A stretch of DNA of 64,000 nt from Octopus vulgaris. Lineage: Eukaryota. Of this stretch, positions 27,723 to 39,753 are shown in pieces (position 1 is the first letter of the stretch; each line of letters begins with the position of its first letter). Location of the stretch: assembly GCA_951406725.2 (NCBI GenBank), contig OX597839.1, positions 31,248,001 through 31,312,000 on the forward strand, read 5' to 3'. The notes below the pieces were generated by a model. That model did not search any database and was not told the DNA's origin. It saw nothing but the letters and a program-made list of their open reading frames with translations. A program made the position numbers and the translations under genes.

Positions 27723-28138
27723 TAATTCTGTCTTCAGATCTTTTAATCCCTAATTCTGTCTTCGGATTTTTTAATCCCTAATTCTGTCTTCAGCTTGGAA
27801 CTGGATCTCTTACATCAGTCTCTACAACCAACTGAGGAATCTCCAACCCATTTTATACCTACATTTCTAGTTCCCTTCTATGTGAAATTTGGATAATGGA
27901 TATACATGTTAAGGGCACAGACACTCACGTTGGCCACGGTGCCAGAAACCCCAGAACTGGTTCTGAATGAAGTTCTCACTTTTAGAACAAATATTTCCCA
28001 AATTTTATTTCATACCAAATTCTAAACAAACAACATCCAAATCCATTTTTTATTCTTTTGCTCTTTTTAGGCATTGCACTGTGGCCATGCTGGAGCATTG
28101 GCAGTCTTTATAATCATATTTTTATTATTTTTTGTTAG

Positions 28139-28348
28139 ATGAAGTTTGAGATCCACATTCCGTTAAGGCTTTCGTCCGACCAATGGATCCGCACTTTGGA
28201 ACAGTTCCTCCTGCTCCTGCTCATTCTTGGACGGTGGCTCCTTCCCAAAGGGAAACTCACCCACGACCAACTCTCACAGCTTCTCTTGGTTTATATTGGA
28301 ACAGCAGCTGACATCGTGGAATTCTTCGACGCTTTCAAAGAGAAGGAA
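28139..28348 (+). CDS. TMEM26: TMEM26-family protein, internal exon (MKFEIH...WIRTLEQFLLLLLILGRWLLPKGKLTHDQLSQLLLVYIGTAADIVEFFDAFKEKE)
   Basis: Acceptor ttttgttag and donor gtacgt at 28349; 210 nt, phase 0/0. Contains the hallmark GRWLLP..TxDQLSQLLLxxxGTAADIxEF signature of TMEM26. Confidence 0.93.
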
Positions 28349-28636
28349 GTACGTTGTATGCTTAAATATCATCATCATCATCACCATCATAAGAATATCA
28401 ATATTAATAATAATAATAATAATAAAAATAATCAGAATTCACTTCTACCACTGGGAAGGATGTTTACTCTTTCAAATACGTGAAGGAAGGGTTTGCCCAA
28501 ATATTCTTGTTATTGGTGGACATTCTCTGCATGCTTTCTATACATTGCACATCTTTGTAGGTAGACAAGCTATATGGATGTTTGTGTGTGTGTGTGTGCG
28601 TATATATATGATGATGATGATGATGATATATAATAC

Positions 28637-28671
<35 letters not shown>

Positions 28672-29561
28672 CATACATATATATTGGTCTGTATAGTCCC
28701 TCGTATATTCCTTTTTAGATGGTAATAGAATATCTTTCATTGATATGTCCATGTTCTCCATATATATATATATAAAATACATGTGTGTATGTATGTATAT
28801 ATATAATATTTTACACACACACAGATATACGGTATTGTAAAGGTAAGACATAAGGATAAAACTCTTCCACATGCATCCCGGAATTAAAAGAGAGAATGCT
28901 GCCATCATATGTGAAGAGATGTCTGGTGATAGTAAAAAGAAGGACAAAGAAATTCTTTTGTGTATCTCCACAAGGAAACAAAAATAAGTCAACCATGTCT
29001 ACTGACTTTCTGCCTCATTGAAGACATTGGTTGATCTTCCCAGGGGAAGAGGAGATCAGATCAGTTCAGTGCAGTGTTCAAAGGTGATGGTGGTGGCTCT
29101 CTGGAAAGACTTTTTCTTTCTCTTCTTAATTATTTATCTAGAGTCTCCAATCTTATTTATCTGTTTTATATTCCAACCAACTCTTTAAAAAAAAAATGAA
29201 AAAACATCACCCCACCAAAATCTCAACACTACATGATAATTCCAGATTAGGAAAAATAGGTAATGGGTGTCTATGCACATTTCAGGAGTTATTGCTCTCT
29301 CATCAGTGCCACATTCAATCCATCTACCATCACATTGCTTAAATACCCACTAAGTTTAGTGGTATAACACATTCCTGACAACTAGTAATTAATATTTACA
29401 TACTAATTCAAAATAATGTGAATAAATAAGCCTTATATTTGACAGATTAATCTGAATGCAAAATGGTTAAATTTGATTTATAAAATAGGATTTTAATGAG
29501 TGTTAAATTCATTATCTGCTTTAATGACCTGTAAACTCATTAAATTTCTTATTTTGTACAG

Positions 29562-30314
29562 GTTCGTTATAACAAGTTACTGTGTATAATCATCTTGAGT
29601 ATTTGGTCAATGAGTTTGATCCAGTTCTCATTGGTTCTCACAGCATCCAGCGCCCGTCACGACCAGTCAGGACTGGTATCCCAAGAACGTAAATCACGCT
29701 TGAAGAACTGTTGCCAAGCTGATGTCTATGGTATTATGATCTCGATATTCCTGCAAGATGGCCCATTTTTGGCGCTTCGATTGATGCTTATCTTCAAGTA
29801 CAAAGTGGACAGCTACACAAATATCTTCTTCACATCCAAAAACAGTCTTGTCATTATTCTCTTAATCTACAGACTCGTGGTTGTACAGATAGAGATGAGG
29901 AAATCAAATTCACCAAAGATATCTCTACCGATTCATGCCAACCGCAAGTACCAAACAGTCCGAGCCATTCATGAAACCGAAACGAACTTCCCGACTCAAA
30001 GGAACATGTTGCCGATGAACCAATCCCCCAGTAAACCCAACGGGGGTATAAGGGGCCGGGAATTCTACAGGACTCACCAGCTGAGCCAGCCTGCTCTGAA
30101 CTCGTCCAGTCACCAGTTGTTACCTGTCTACCAGCAACAACAACCATCGAGTCTACCTCATTTGTCCTCGAGGAAGGGTAAAGCACACATGAGTCACTCT
30201 AGTTTGCACTCGAGCCATTCTAACCAACATCTCACCCAAAAACCACTTTTCCCTCCAAATCAAAACAAAATGACTCGGTCCATGACCACAGACAGAATCA
30301 ATTCACCCGTCTGA
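29562..30314 (+). CDS. TMEM26: TMEM26-family protein, terminal coding exon (VRYNKLLCIIILSIWSMSLIQF...SIFLQDGPFLALRL...FFTSKNSLVIILLIYRL...RINSPV*)
   Basis: Acceptor ttttgtacag ends at 29561 and the exon is in frame with ORF 29595-30314. It carries the QDGPFLxxRL and FFxxKNxLV..LxxYRL TMEM26 motifs. The stop is TGA at 30312-30314. Confidence 0.93.
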   Translation, partial: VRYNKLLCIIILSIWSMSLIQFSLVLTASSARHDQSGLVSQERKSRLKNCCQADVYGIMISIFLQDGPFLALRLMLIFKYKVDSYTNIFFTSKNSLVIILLIYRLVVVQIEMRKSNSPKISLPIHANRKYQTVRAIHETETNFPTQRNMLPMNQSPSKPNGGIRGREFYRTHQLSQPALNSSSHQLLPVYQQQQPSSLPHLSSRKGKAHMSHSSLHSSHSNQHLTQKPLFPPNQNKMTRSMTTDRINSPV

Positions 30315-30334
30315 ACCCCCCCCATCCTAGATAC

Positions 30335-30340
30335 AATAAA
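30335..30340 (+). promoter_or_regulatory. Candidate polyadenylation signal AATAAA just downstream of the TMEM26 stop
   Basis: AATAAA lies 20 nt after the stop. In AT-rich DNA this could be chance, and the true 3' UTR may be longer. Confidence 0.3.
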
Positions 30341-31169
30341 CGTAAAAAGAAACATTCACACACAAACGACATTCTATTAATCTTCTCTCTTCATCCAGGA
30401 CGGTCAACAGACTTGCCATGAGAATCATCCTCACCACCAGATGGCACCACTAAGTATTCCTAAAATTCTTAACTTTTATTTCTTTTGTTGTTGCTTTCTG
30501 TTTTTTTTTTTTATACTGAATTTCTTTTGGGACGTCGTTACTAGGATGTTTTTTTTCTTCAGTTTTTGTTTGACCCAAGGTCAACTAAATGGGCTGACTT
30601 ATGATGATGTTCCGACCATGACCATCACATAAGATCTAGCACAAGGCTTCTCTAACAGTGCATTGCAAAGTGTCTCTTGGTGCTCCACAGAGTTTTAAAA
30701 AACTGAAGAGTTTAGTAAATCCCTTATTAACTCTTGGATGTCTTAAAAAACAAATACCTCATAAGTCATCGTTTTATTTTAGACATCAGTATGATTAATA
30801 ATACATAGTAAATGTTAGTTTCACATATGTGTGTGTGTATGTGTTGTATGAGATATGGAGTCCTAAAATTATGTGGCTTTCACAGCAAGCTCCTCTGACG
30901 GACTCAGCTATCAAACCACAAAGTAATGCAGAAGATTTCAATCAATGAAATTACTTGACCGTAAAAAGTCAGGTGGTTTGAGAGGTGAATGTATCTATTT
31001 AACCATTTGACGTCCTCAGGATATTTTGCAGCCTTCTTCATGTAGTAATAATTACAGTTAGGAAAAAAATTGTATTTACATGTCTGCATTAATGCAAAAC
31101 AATTCTGCATTCAGAAATCAGTGCAAAATCTGCTTCTAGTCCTGAAGGGGTCACTCACAATGAGAACTT

Positions 31170-31690
31170 GAATTAAATTAAATAAGTTTTGACCAGAGAC
31201 AAACAAAGTAAGATAATTGCAATCTCACCTTGGGAGGAACAACTCTACACGAGTTTCTGATCTTGTGGAGATATACTTAATATATTAGGGAGGTGGAGCT
31301 GACAGAATTGTTAGCGTGCTGGGTGAAATGTTTAGCGGTATTTCGTCCATCTTTACGTTCTGAGTTCAAATTCCGCCGAGGTTGACTTTGCATTTCATCC
31401 TTTTGGGGTCAATTAAATAAGTACCAGTTACACACTGGTGTCGACATAATTGACTTAATCCCTTTGTCTGTCCTTGTTTGTCCCCTCTGTGGGTAATAAG
31501 GAAATAGACATACTTAATATTTTGGATTAAAGGTGAATTCCATAATCTTGTGAGTGGTCTTCATAGGGATGAGGCTTTGCTCACTCTATGACCGTGTTGG
31601 AACAAAGAAAAAACCTCGACACTTTAAGAAAGCAGGTTTGTGTATCACATTTAAGGACAACTGTAAAGTAGTAAATTTTCTAGATGCTTA
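31170..31690 (+). mobile_element. Penelope-like retroelement RT fragment, interrupted by a SINE
   Basis: Degenerate peptides TLGG..RVSDLVEIYL, GLHRDEAL (cf. GLYRDDGL) and AGLCITFKDNCKVVNFLDA (cf. GL.IT...N.K.VNFLD). Confidence 0.65.
31289..31507 (+). mobile_element. SINE family B inserted in a Penelope RT with a probable target-site duplication
   Basis: Head GGTGGAGCTGACAGAATTGTTAG and B box GAGTTCAAATTCC. It is flanked by near-duplicate GAYATACTTAATAT (31270 and 31507). Confidence 0.8.
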
Positions 31691-32242
31691 TCTAGTGCAT
31701 GTCCTACTTTAATTAATATGAAAAAGTTTTAAGCATAGACAATAGAAACCCACTAAACCCTACTTTAACTGTCAGAAGGATTAAGGATAGAGGTGTGAGT
31801 ACAATTGCTAATCGTATGTGTGCTAAACTTCAAAAACTAAATCCCAATGAATATCCTAGGAAATATATTGATGATGGTTACAATTATTTGCCATCTGACT
31901 GGAATAAACTAATAAAACTAGAATGTGTTATGCCTGTGATATGCCCAATATAATAACTGTGAGCAGCCATAAAACTGGCGTCCTAAAATTATGTGGCTTT
32001 CACAGCAAGCTCCTCTGATGGACTCAGCTATCAAACCACACAATAATGCAGAAGATTCAATCAATGAAATTACTTGACCGTAAAAAGTCAGGTGGTTTGA
32101 GAGGTGAATGTATCTATTTAGCCATTTGACGTCCTCAGGATATTTTACGAAGTAAAAAGGAAGAAAAAAGATCTGTTTGTGAAATTATAGATAAATCAGT
32201 GAATATTGTACTTAAGTCATTAATGATGATAATGATAATAAT

Positions 32243-32451
32243 GGTTTCAAATTTTGGTGCAAGGCCAGCAATTTTGAGGGAGTAAGTCGTTTACAGTGAC
32301 CCCAGTGTTCAACTGGTACTTAATTTATTGACCCCGAAAGCATGAAAGGTGAAGTCAACCTTGATCGAATTTGAACTCAGAACTTTAAGACAAATGAAAT
32401 GCTGCTAAGCATTTTGTCCAGTGTGCTAATGATTCTGCCAACTCAGCACCT
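32243..32451 (-). mobile_element. SINE family B in an (AAT)n tract
   Basis: Family B motifs. Further copies at ~52258-52454, 57488-57650, 57850-58055 and 59235-59440 (minus), and 60075-60335 and 62312-62510 (plus). Confidence 0.75.
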
Positions 32452-32589
32452 TAATAATAATAATAATAATAAAAATAATAATAATAATAACAACAACAAC
32501 ATTAATAAAAGTAACCCTCTAGATGTTGCTAAATTACTTTAGGCTCCACAACATCTAATTGGAATAAGCTTAAAAATAAAAATAATAAT

Positions 32590-33350
32590 AGTTTACATAG
32601 GAATATTTTGTGGTTCATTCCTCTCCCTCCAGTCTATAAGTTGCTTCAAATTGGGTTTGAAATCTTTTTGAAGCTTCAGAAAAACACTTCCCTATGTCCT
32701 ATATCATAAAATCTTCAATAGACACACGGTTAAACTGGCTTACTCTACCATGCCTAATATTGCTGAATATACAGTAAAATTTAACCACTCTTAGCCATCT
32801 AAATAACTGAAATAAAACATCTGATGCAAATAATCAACATATTCATGTACTTGATTCTAATAAAAGAACTATTAATGATAGTCAAACTGAAACCATCATA
32901 CCTACCAAAAGTCAGACTAATCTTGCTCTATGTAACTTTCATAAGAAATCATTGTGTCCTATTAATAACCAGTGCCTTAAGAGAAATATAGTGTATAGGT
33001 GCTCTATCACTGCTTCTGACAAAGAACATGTTTATATTGGTGCATCCTCTTCATCATTGAAACCTCATTGGAATAATCACAAATCCACAATCAGACATAA
33101 AGACAAGGTTAGTAGTACTTTTCTAGCTAAATTTGTACATTCTCTCACTGATAAGAGTGTTGGAAATACACTTGCTTGGTCTATTGTATGTAATGCACAG
33201 CCGTTATAAGGATAGTGGTAGTGATTGGTGTGGTCTTTGTACCTGAGGCGTTCCATATCAATAAAGTTAAATCAAATATTATCAATCAACATGATGAATT
33301 AATTATGAGATGCCAACACCTTAAATACAAATCGTTCCTAAATGCTAACA
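32590..33350 (+). mobile_element. Penelope-like retroelement linker plus GIY-YIG endonuclease fragment
   Basis: Peptides RNILWF, KHFP..YHKIFNRHTVKLAYSTMPN and CPINNQCLKRNIVYRC...VYIGAS..HWNNHKS...LAWSIV, followed by a CGLC and RCQH tail. This is typical of a PLE C-terminal GIY-YIG domain. Confidence 0.85.
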
Positions 33351-33649
33351 GTACTTAACCTTATACTTAATTATTACACCTATAAATATTATAGCCTAGA
33401 TCAAAGCAATTGTATAATTCCCAAACCTATGGTTAACTATTATTTGGTCTCACCTTAATAATAGATTATTTATCAGACCATATTCAGACATTCCGCTATT
33501 TGTGAATTACTTATTATCCATCATTTTATAACATTCCAGCCTATTACATTTTATGTCTAAACCATCTTTTGTAGATCATTGAAGTCGTTAATGAAGACCC
33601 CCTTGATTCTATCATCTTACACTCTTCATTGACTTTGTCTATTATCATT

Positions 33650-34215
33650 ATTATTATTGTGTGAGAGAGCAGCGCATGCCATCAAAGTGACATTGGGGTA
33701 CAAAAATACAAAGTCCAGTATACCTATCATGACTACCCGTCTGATAAGGGTACACTAGGGACATGCATCACAACTGTATGTGCATGACATGGTGATCTCA
33801 TATCAAAATAAACAGTGCATGACCTTACAGGTGGAGCCCAGTTAGAATTTTTGTCAGGTTGAGTAGCCCATCTCACTCAAAAGGTCCCTGAATAAAGCTT
33901 GTTTAAGGATGATGAATGAAGCACACGTGTTCCCAGAGGTAAATTATTCACATCCCAAAGAATTCCTCTCAACACACGGCTATGATGCTCTCCAACTACT
34001 TCTGCTTGTGATCAGAGATGCACATATCGTCACCCACTAAGGGACATGGTCAACTGGTTATGGTCAAACAAATCTGTGGTATTGAGCAGAATATTTGCTG
34101 TAGCCCATCTTTTATACCAAGACAAAACAATATACATAACACTTCCAATCAGTTAAGATCAGAAGCCATGAGAGCCACTGCCTGGTACTGCATCAGGGCA
34201 TTTATTATTATTATT
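33650..34215. mobile_element. Probable interspersed repeat bounded by (ATT)n on both sides
   Basis: A ~560-bp higher-complexity block begins and ends in ATT microsatellite, consistent with a microsatellite-targeted non-autonomous retroposon. The family was not identified. Confidence 0.35.
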
Positions 34216-34843
34216 ACTATTATACACAGTTCATAAAAAATTACTTTTATAATCCTGTCCGTGGATTCAATCTGATAGAAGTGTTTACTATTTAGCATTA
34301 AGGATTGGCTATATGTTTACATCCACAATCTTCTATATGAGATCACATACCTGTCTGGTGTATTGAGGTGTGTATAAATGTATGTCTGTATGTTTACATT
34401 TTATTCTTCTTTGCGTGTATTAGTTCAGTTATATGTAAGATCTGTATATATATATATCTCAGTAGGTCTGGACATTTTGATGTGTATGTGTATATATATA
34501 TATGGTTATATATAGTTGCAGTGAGGATATTTAGACCTTTTATAGGGATATTTTGATCCAAGATAAACTGGTTTAATATATAGTCTTGAAGAGATATTTC
34601 CTCAATGAATGTAATTATATAAAATATCATTAAACATAAAACATTATTGTTGAGTTAGAAAACAGATCTAATGGATACTAATTAATTTATTAATAAATAA
34701 ATTAATTTGTAACCATTAACTCTCTGTTTTCTAACTCAATAATGTTTGTATGTGTGTATACACTATTCTCTGTTTAAATTATAAGTCTTTCAGGTGATGC
34801 AAATACTTTGTCTTTACATTTTCTGTTTTAATCTCTGTGTGTG

Positions 34844-34878
<35 letters not shown>

Positions 34879-37174
34879 ATCAAAGTTTCGGCTGGCTAAA
34901 CCAATGTTGGTGCACAATGCCTTGAAGTTAATCTTTGCTTTGTGTAGCTTCTGTTGAGATAAAAATTTCCTCAGGCTGTTAGGGTAGGTTGTGAAGGAGA
35001 GGTGCTATGGAGAAATTTTTATTGGTTAAATTTGGGGTTATGCTATTGCTTGGAATTTTTTAATTGTTCACAAATAGTAGTTAGGTAGGTATAGGAAGTT
35101 CCTTTGGTCAGACGGTGTACCAATAGTCTTAGTTATCTTTGTTGTTATTGGATTTAATTCTTTGCTTTGACAATGTGACAGTCAAAGTCCCAAGTTTTGT
35201 CCAGTATTTGAAAACTTAGTAATTGGGCGTATCCACTTACTTGGAATGAAATTTTTGTGGTGTTCCTCAAAGAATTTAAGTGGGTGGCATGTTTTAGTGG
35301 ATCAGGAAGTTTCTTCTTTACTTGTTGATGTTATCTGGGAGATATTTCCTGCTTTTCATTGGAAGATGGAGATAATCAGTCAAGCATGTCATGGTGTTGT
35401 TACAGTAGAAATTTCTTTATCTTGTTCACAAGAAGATAAGGGCAGGTGTAAAGGTTATTAGTCTCTGTTTTTCTCTTTAGGGGTTCATTTTTCATTAAGC
35501 AATTCAATAAATATGGGGACATTTTAACCTTTGTGTTTTATGGAGACAAAGTTTGTGGGTTTATGAATATATAAATATTTTCTTCGATTCTGCTTCAAAT
35601 GTGGGAATTTTATAATATATTGTTTCAGGCCAATGGATATATGTGAAAGTGGAGCATTATAAAAAATGTATAAAACTGAGAATAAAATTTAATTTATAAA
35701 TATGTGTGTGTGTGTGTGTGTCTTCATATGTAATTTATATACTTTTTAAGCTATTTAAAAAAATATTTAGTTAATTTACTGTCTCTTCTTAACCTTTCCT
35801 GTTTTTGTTAATATTATGGATGGTCAACTTTCTGAACTTCTATCTAACAACTTAATTAATATGAAACAAGATATCTTTATTTTTAGTGATCAAACCAAGC
35901 TAATTTCAGGCTTCCATACATTCTATGTCTAAAGAGAAAATTTTGTCTGTTTTACCTAGAGTTGAGTCATTGGTGCCACCATGGATGTTACGGTGATCTG
36001 ATGAGCTGGCTTTCTCTTTTTGTATAATGCAAACATGTAAATATAATTTTATTCCAAGCTGAAATTATTGCTACATGAAGAAGGCTGCAAAATGGGTCTA
36101 CACTAAGTACGTACCTCCTAACTTTTTATGATTCATGATCTCCTCTGACAAGGGTCTCTCTCTCCCACACACACATTTTTCTTACTCTCTATATGTATTA
36201 TGTGTATATAGGAGGTATATGTATATACCTCTATTTAGAGGTACGTGTATATAATGTGTGTATATGTATATATATATGTGTGTGTGTATTTATATGCATA
36301 TATATATATATATTTATATGCATATATGTGTGTGTGTAGTGAAGTAGTAGTAGTAGTTATAATAGTGATCCACATGACAAAAGAAGTCGTTGAGTTCAAC
36401 AACTTTTTACTCCGAGTGATTGACTTCTGCACTCTAATTAAGCAATGTACACTAACTGACCTGTTAATAAACGTATCCTAATTAACCTTTGTACATTAAT
36501 TAATCTATGTCCACTGATTAACTTGTTGATCTTATGTGTAATGATAAACTTTTGTATATTAATTGACCTGTGCAGCAATATTTCTTTATATTAAACGAAT
36601 CCCTTCTTGACACCTAGACCAGGGGTGGGGTGGGGGTGCAGAAATATTAATTAAAACAATGATTAAACATAACTTTAATTTATTGACTTTGATTTTTGTC
36701 TAATTCACTCACAAATTGTCATTAAAGGAAAAAATATCTTAATTACTGAACTTGAAATGCTAATCAAAATATTTAATTGCTGTTGTTTAAAGTTTAATTA
36801 ATTTATTCTTTTACTGATTAGTCTTTGTCAGGTCATAGAATCGTTAAGCAGGTCAGATAAAGGGACGTAGCACAATATTTAAATACCACAAAGTGGTTTT
36901 GTTAATTGCCCTAATATACAACATGCGTGCACACACACACACACACATGCAAAGGACATCGTTTCTCCCTTAATGGCTGGTACATTCAAGAAATTCAATG
37001 CTGATTCCTTACCATCATCTCTCCTTCCAGATGTGGAGTCAAGCAGTTTGCACTAGGTGTTTGCCTACCTTCTCTCAAAATGAAGAGGGTTTCAATAAAT
37101 CAACAATTAATCTTGTATGGCATTTAGTAGATTGGTCTTCACCCCCCACACACACCTACTTTTATATGTGTGAA

Positions 37175-38077
37175 TAGGGTCTCCTAAAAGTGTCTATGGA
37201 CATTGAATGAAGATAAAGTCATTGTTTATTAAAATACTGTTGATTTCCACAATTTCATAGACTCTACAGGTATGATGAGAAACCCTTTAAATAAAGGTCT
37301 AGTGGTGTGACATCTGATGAGTGCAGAGGGTATTGTACTTGACCACTTTGTGAAATCTACCTGTTTGACAAAATCTCATCAAGGTAGGCCCTTATATCAC
37401 TGGGGTAGTATAGGGGTACCTCATCTTACTGGAAATAAAGCTCCACATCTTCAAAGCTCTGTTGAATGCTTGGCATCACAGATTGTCATGGCAAGTTCAA
37501 GGGAATGGAACCAGTGACAGAACTATCAAAAAGGAACGGTCCAATCGAGTCCTTTTCATGATAATCCACACCATTCTGTAATTCTTGGTAAATTAACTTG
37601 GTGTGACTCCCTAATAAACAGATTCTTCTTAGGTCCCCCATTGAGTGTCGTTCTGGGGGTTAATTGAGCCATTTCATTTAAATGTGCTTTCATCATTCTC
37701 AACATCTTGCCAAATATCACTCATAAAACTCTTTGGCCTGGATCATCTTCTTGAAGAGTTTCGATTATGACTTTTCCAATGATTGAACCTCAAAATGCAA
37801 TTGATGGATGTTTGTCTTTGAAATTCTTGTCTCATTTGCTGCATAGATTTTCTTCAACTTTGGCCAATCTGTTTCTGATACGTTTTCTTGTGGGGTTTGT
37901 TGAATCTGTTTGAAATTCCCTCCCAAATTCTCTTTCTACTTCAACTGCATTTTCAGATTTCTTTTGTTGAAAACTTAGTCTAGCTCCCTTAATTATTTGT
38001 TAGGGGTTCAATCTAAAAAGAAATGGGAAGGGTCAGTTGTTGAAGTGCATATAGACGTTTTGTGGGAGGATATCCTG
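37175..38077 (-). mobile_element. Decayed DD41D (rosa/VS-type) mariner-like transposon
   Basis: Manual minus-strand translation gives DESTFK.NGSINPQN, ITEWCGLS..IGPFLFD, and YFQ*DEVP...SSDVTPLD with exactly 41 residues between the last two D. The ends are degenerate inverted repeats (TAGGGTCTCCTAAAAGTGTCTAT / ATAGACGTTTTGTGGGAGGATATCCTG). It is absent from the ORF track because of stops. Confidence 0.75.
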
Positions 38078-38248
38078 TGAGCGTATTATATATATATATA
38101 TACATACATATATATATATATATACATACATATATATATATATATATACATACATACATATATATAGGAGTGACTGTGTTAAGTAGCTTGCTTACCAACT
38201 CCATATTTCCAGCTTCAGTCCCACTGCATGGCACTTAGAGCAATATAT

Positions 38249-38283
<35 letters not shown>

Positions 38284-39753
38284 TCATTAATTAAATATAT
38301 TCTGTTAGAATATTATATACTGAATTTATAATGAGTGCTCTTTGTATGAAATGTCAAAAATATTAATACTATAAAGTATTTAGACATTAATACGAGTGAT
38401 TATATATCTTGTATTTTGAAATGATAGCATTAAATTCAATATCAAACAAAATTTCTCATGAAGATATATTTGTCTAAAATAGTATTGTATTAAAAATATA
38501 TGTAAATATATGAAATGTGACAGTTTAAAAATTTGTTAATTAATGCATCTTACGATCGTTTCACGAAAGTATTGTCATTTTAATGGAATTCATTAATGAT
38601 ACACATTGATAGACTATACTTCCACTCGTCAGAGAAGATAAAGTTTTTATAATATATTGAATGTTGTTTTAAAATTAGGAAAATATATAAGAAAGTATTT
38701 TTGAAAAATAGATTAAAATTTACTGGTTTAGATTTATGAAGGTAGACTTTGCTAAGAAAATTTAAAGTTTGTGTATATACACACACACATATCCTCGGTA
38801 AATTCATCTCAGTAATCCCTAACAATTTTGTGTAAACAGTCCCTTATCCTGCATTCCATATTTGAGATGTACAAGGTTGATTTTGATAGTCAAAAGTATC
38901 AGTATTAAATTTTTATTTGTATAATTGGAAGATACCATTTTAAATTCTAATTTAAAAAATAAATTATTATTATTACAACTGTAAAGGTGTATTTATTGTA
39001 GGATAGATGTGTACAGGTTCAAATTCTAAGAAAACCAATTCATCAATTGTTTAACGTATAGTATATGTCGTGTAAATATCTCTATAATCAAAAATATTTT
39101 AATTACTTTGTCAATTTATTTATAATTATTTCCTTATTTTGATATCTCTAAATGGTAAATAATAGACGCTAATGTCAATCTTTGTTGCATCTTTTATAAT
39201 ATTTCAAAGTTTTAGAGAATTTGTGTCTACATGTTGACAAATTATTAAGTTCTTTTGACTAAACAGTAGAATATAGAGGGACTCCTTTGTACAGAGACGG
39301 CAACTATTAGACTTATGTGTGTAAGGTGTAGCAGAATCTGTTATTGACCAATCTAATCTACAGGTAACTTGATTTTGGTTCAATTTGTTTATACAGGTAG
39401 CTAACGAAGTAGTCTTACTAGTGATGTAAGGCTCAAAAGTAATGCAGGTGTGCTGGAAAGCTTTGCTTAAAATTAACAGAACTCCCTGTGTATACCATAT
39501 TACTTAAACTATATATATATGTATATATACATACATATATATATACACGTGTGTGTGTGTGTGTGTGTTCCAACTCCTGTTTGTCGACCAGCATTGGTGT
39601 GTTTGCATCCGCATAATGTAGTGGTTTGGAAAAAGAGACTGATGGAATAAAGAGCCAGGCTTTAAAAAGAAGTATAGGTGCCCCAGCATGGCCACAGTCT
39701 GATGACAGATAAAGATAAAATATATAACTTATCATGATTTCAAAAAGGGATTG

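Larger units (their letters stand above)
30860..32146 (+). repeat. ~168-bp direct repeat pair (30860-31027 and 31980-32146)
   Basis: GTCCTAAAATTATGTGGCTTTCACAGCAAGCTCC...GACGTCCTCAGGATATTTT is nearly identical in both copies. Confidence 0.9.

Noticed and set aside
27721-27795. Three tandem 28-bp repeats (CCTAATTCTGTCTTC...)
   Set aside because: Ordinary local slippage duplication at a SINE edge.
34900-35580. Minus-strand Penelope remnant (HKPT-like peptide near 35560)
   Set aside because: Too degenerate to support beyond a single short motif.
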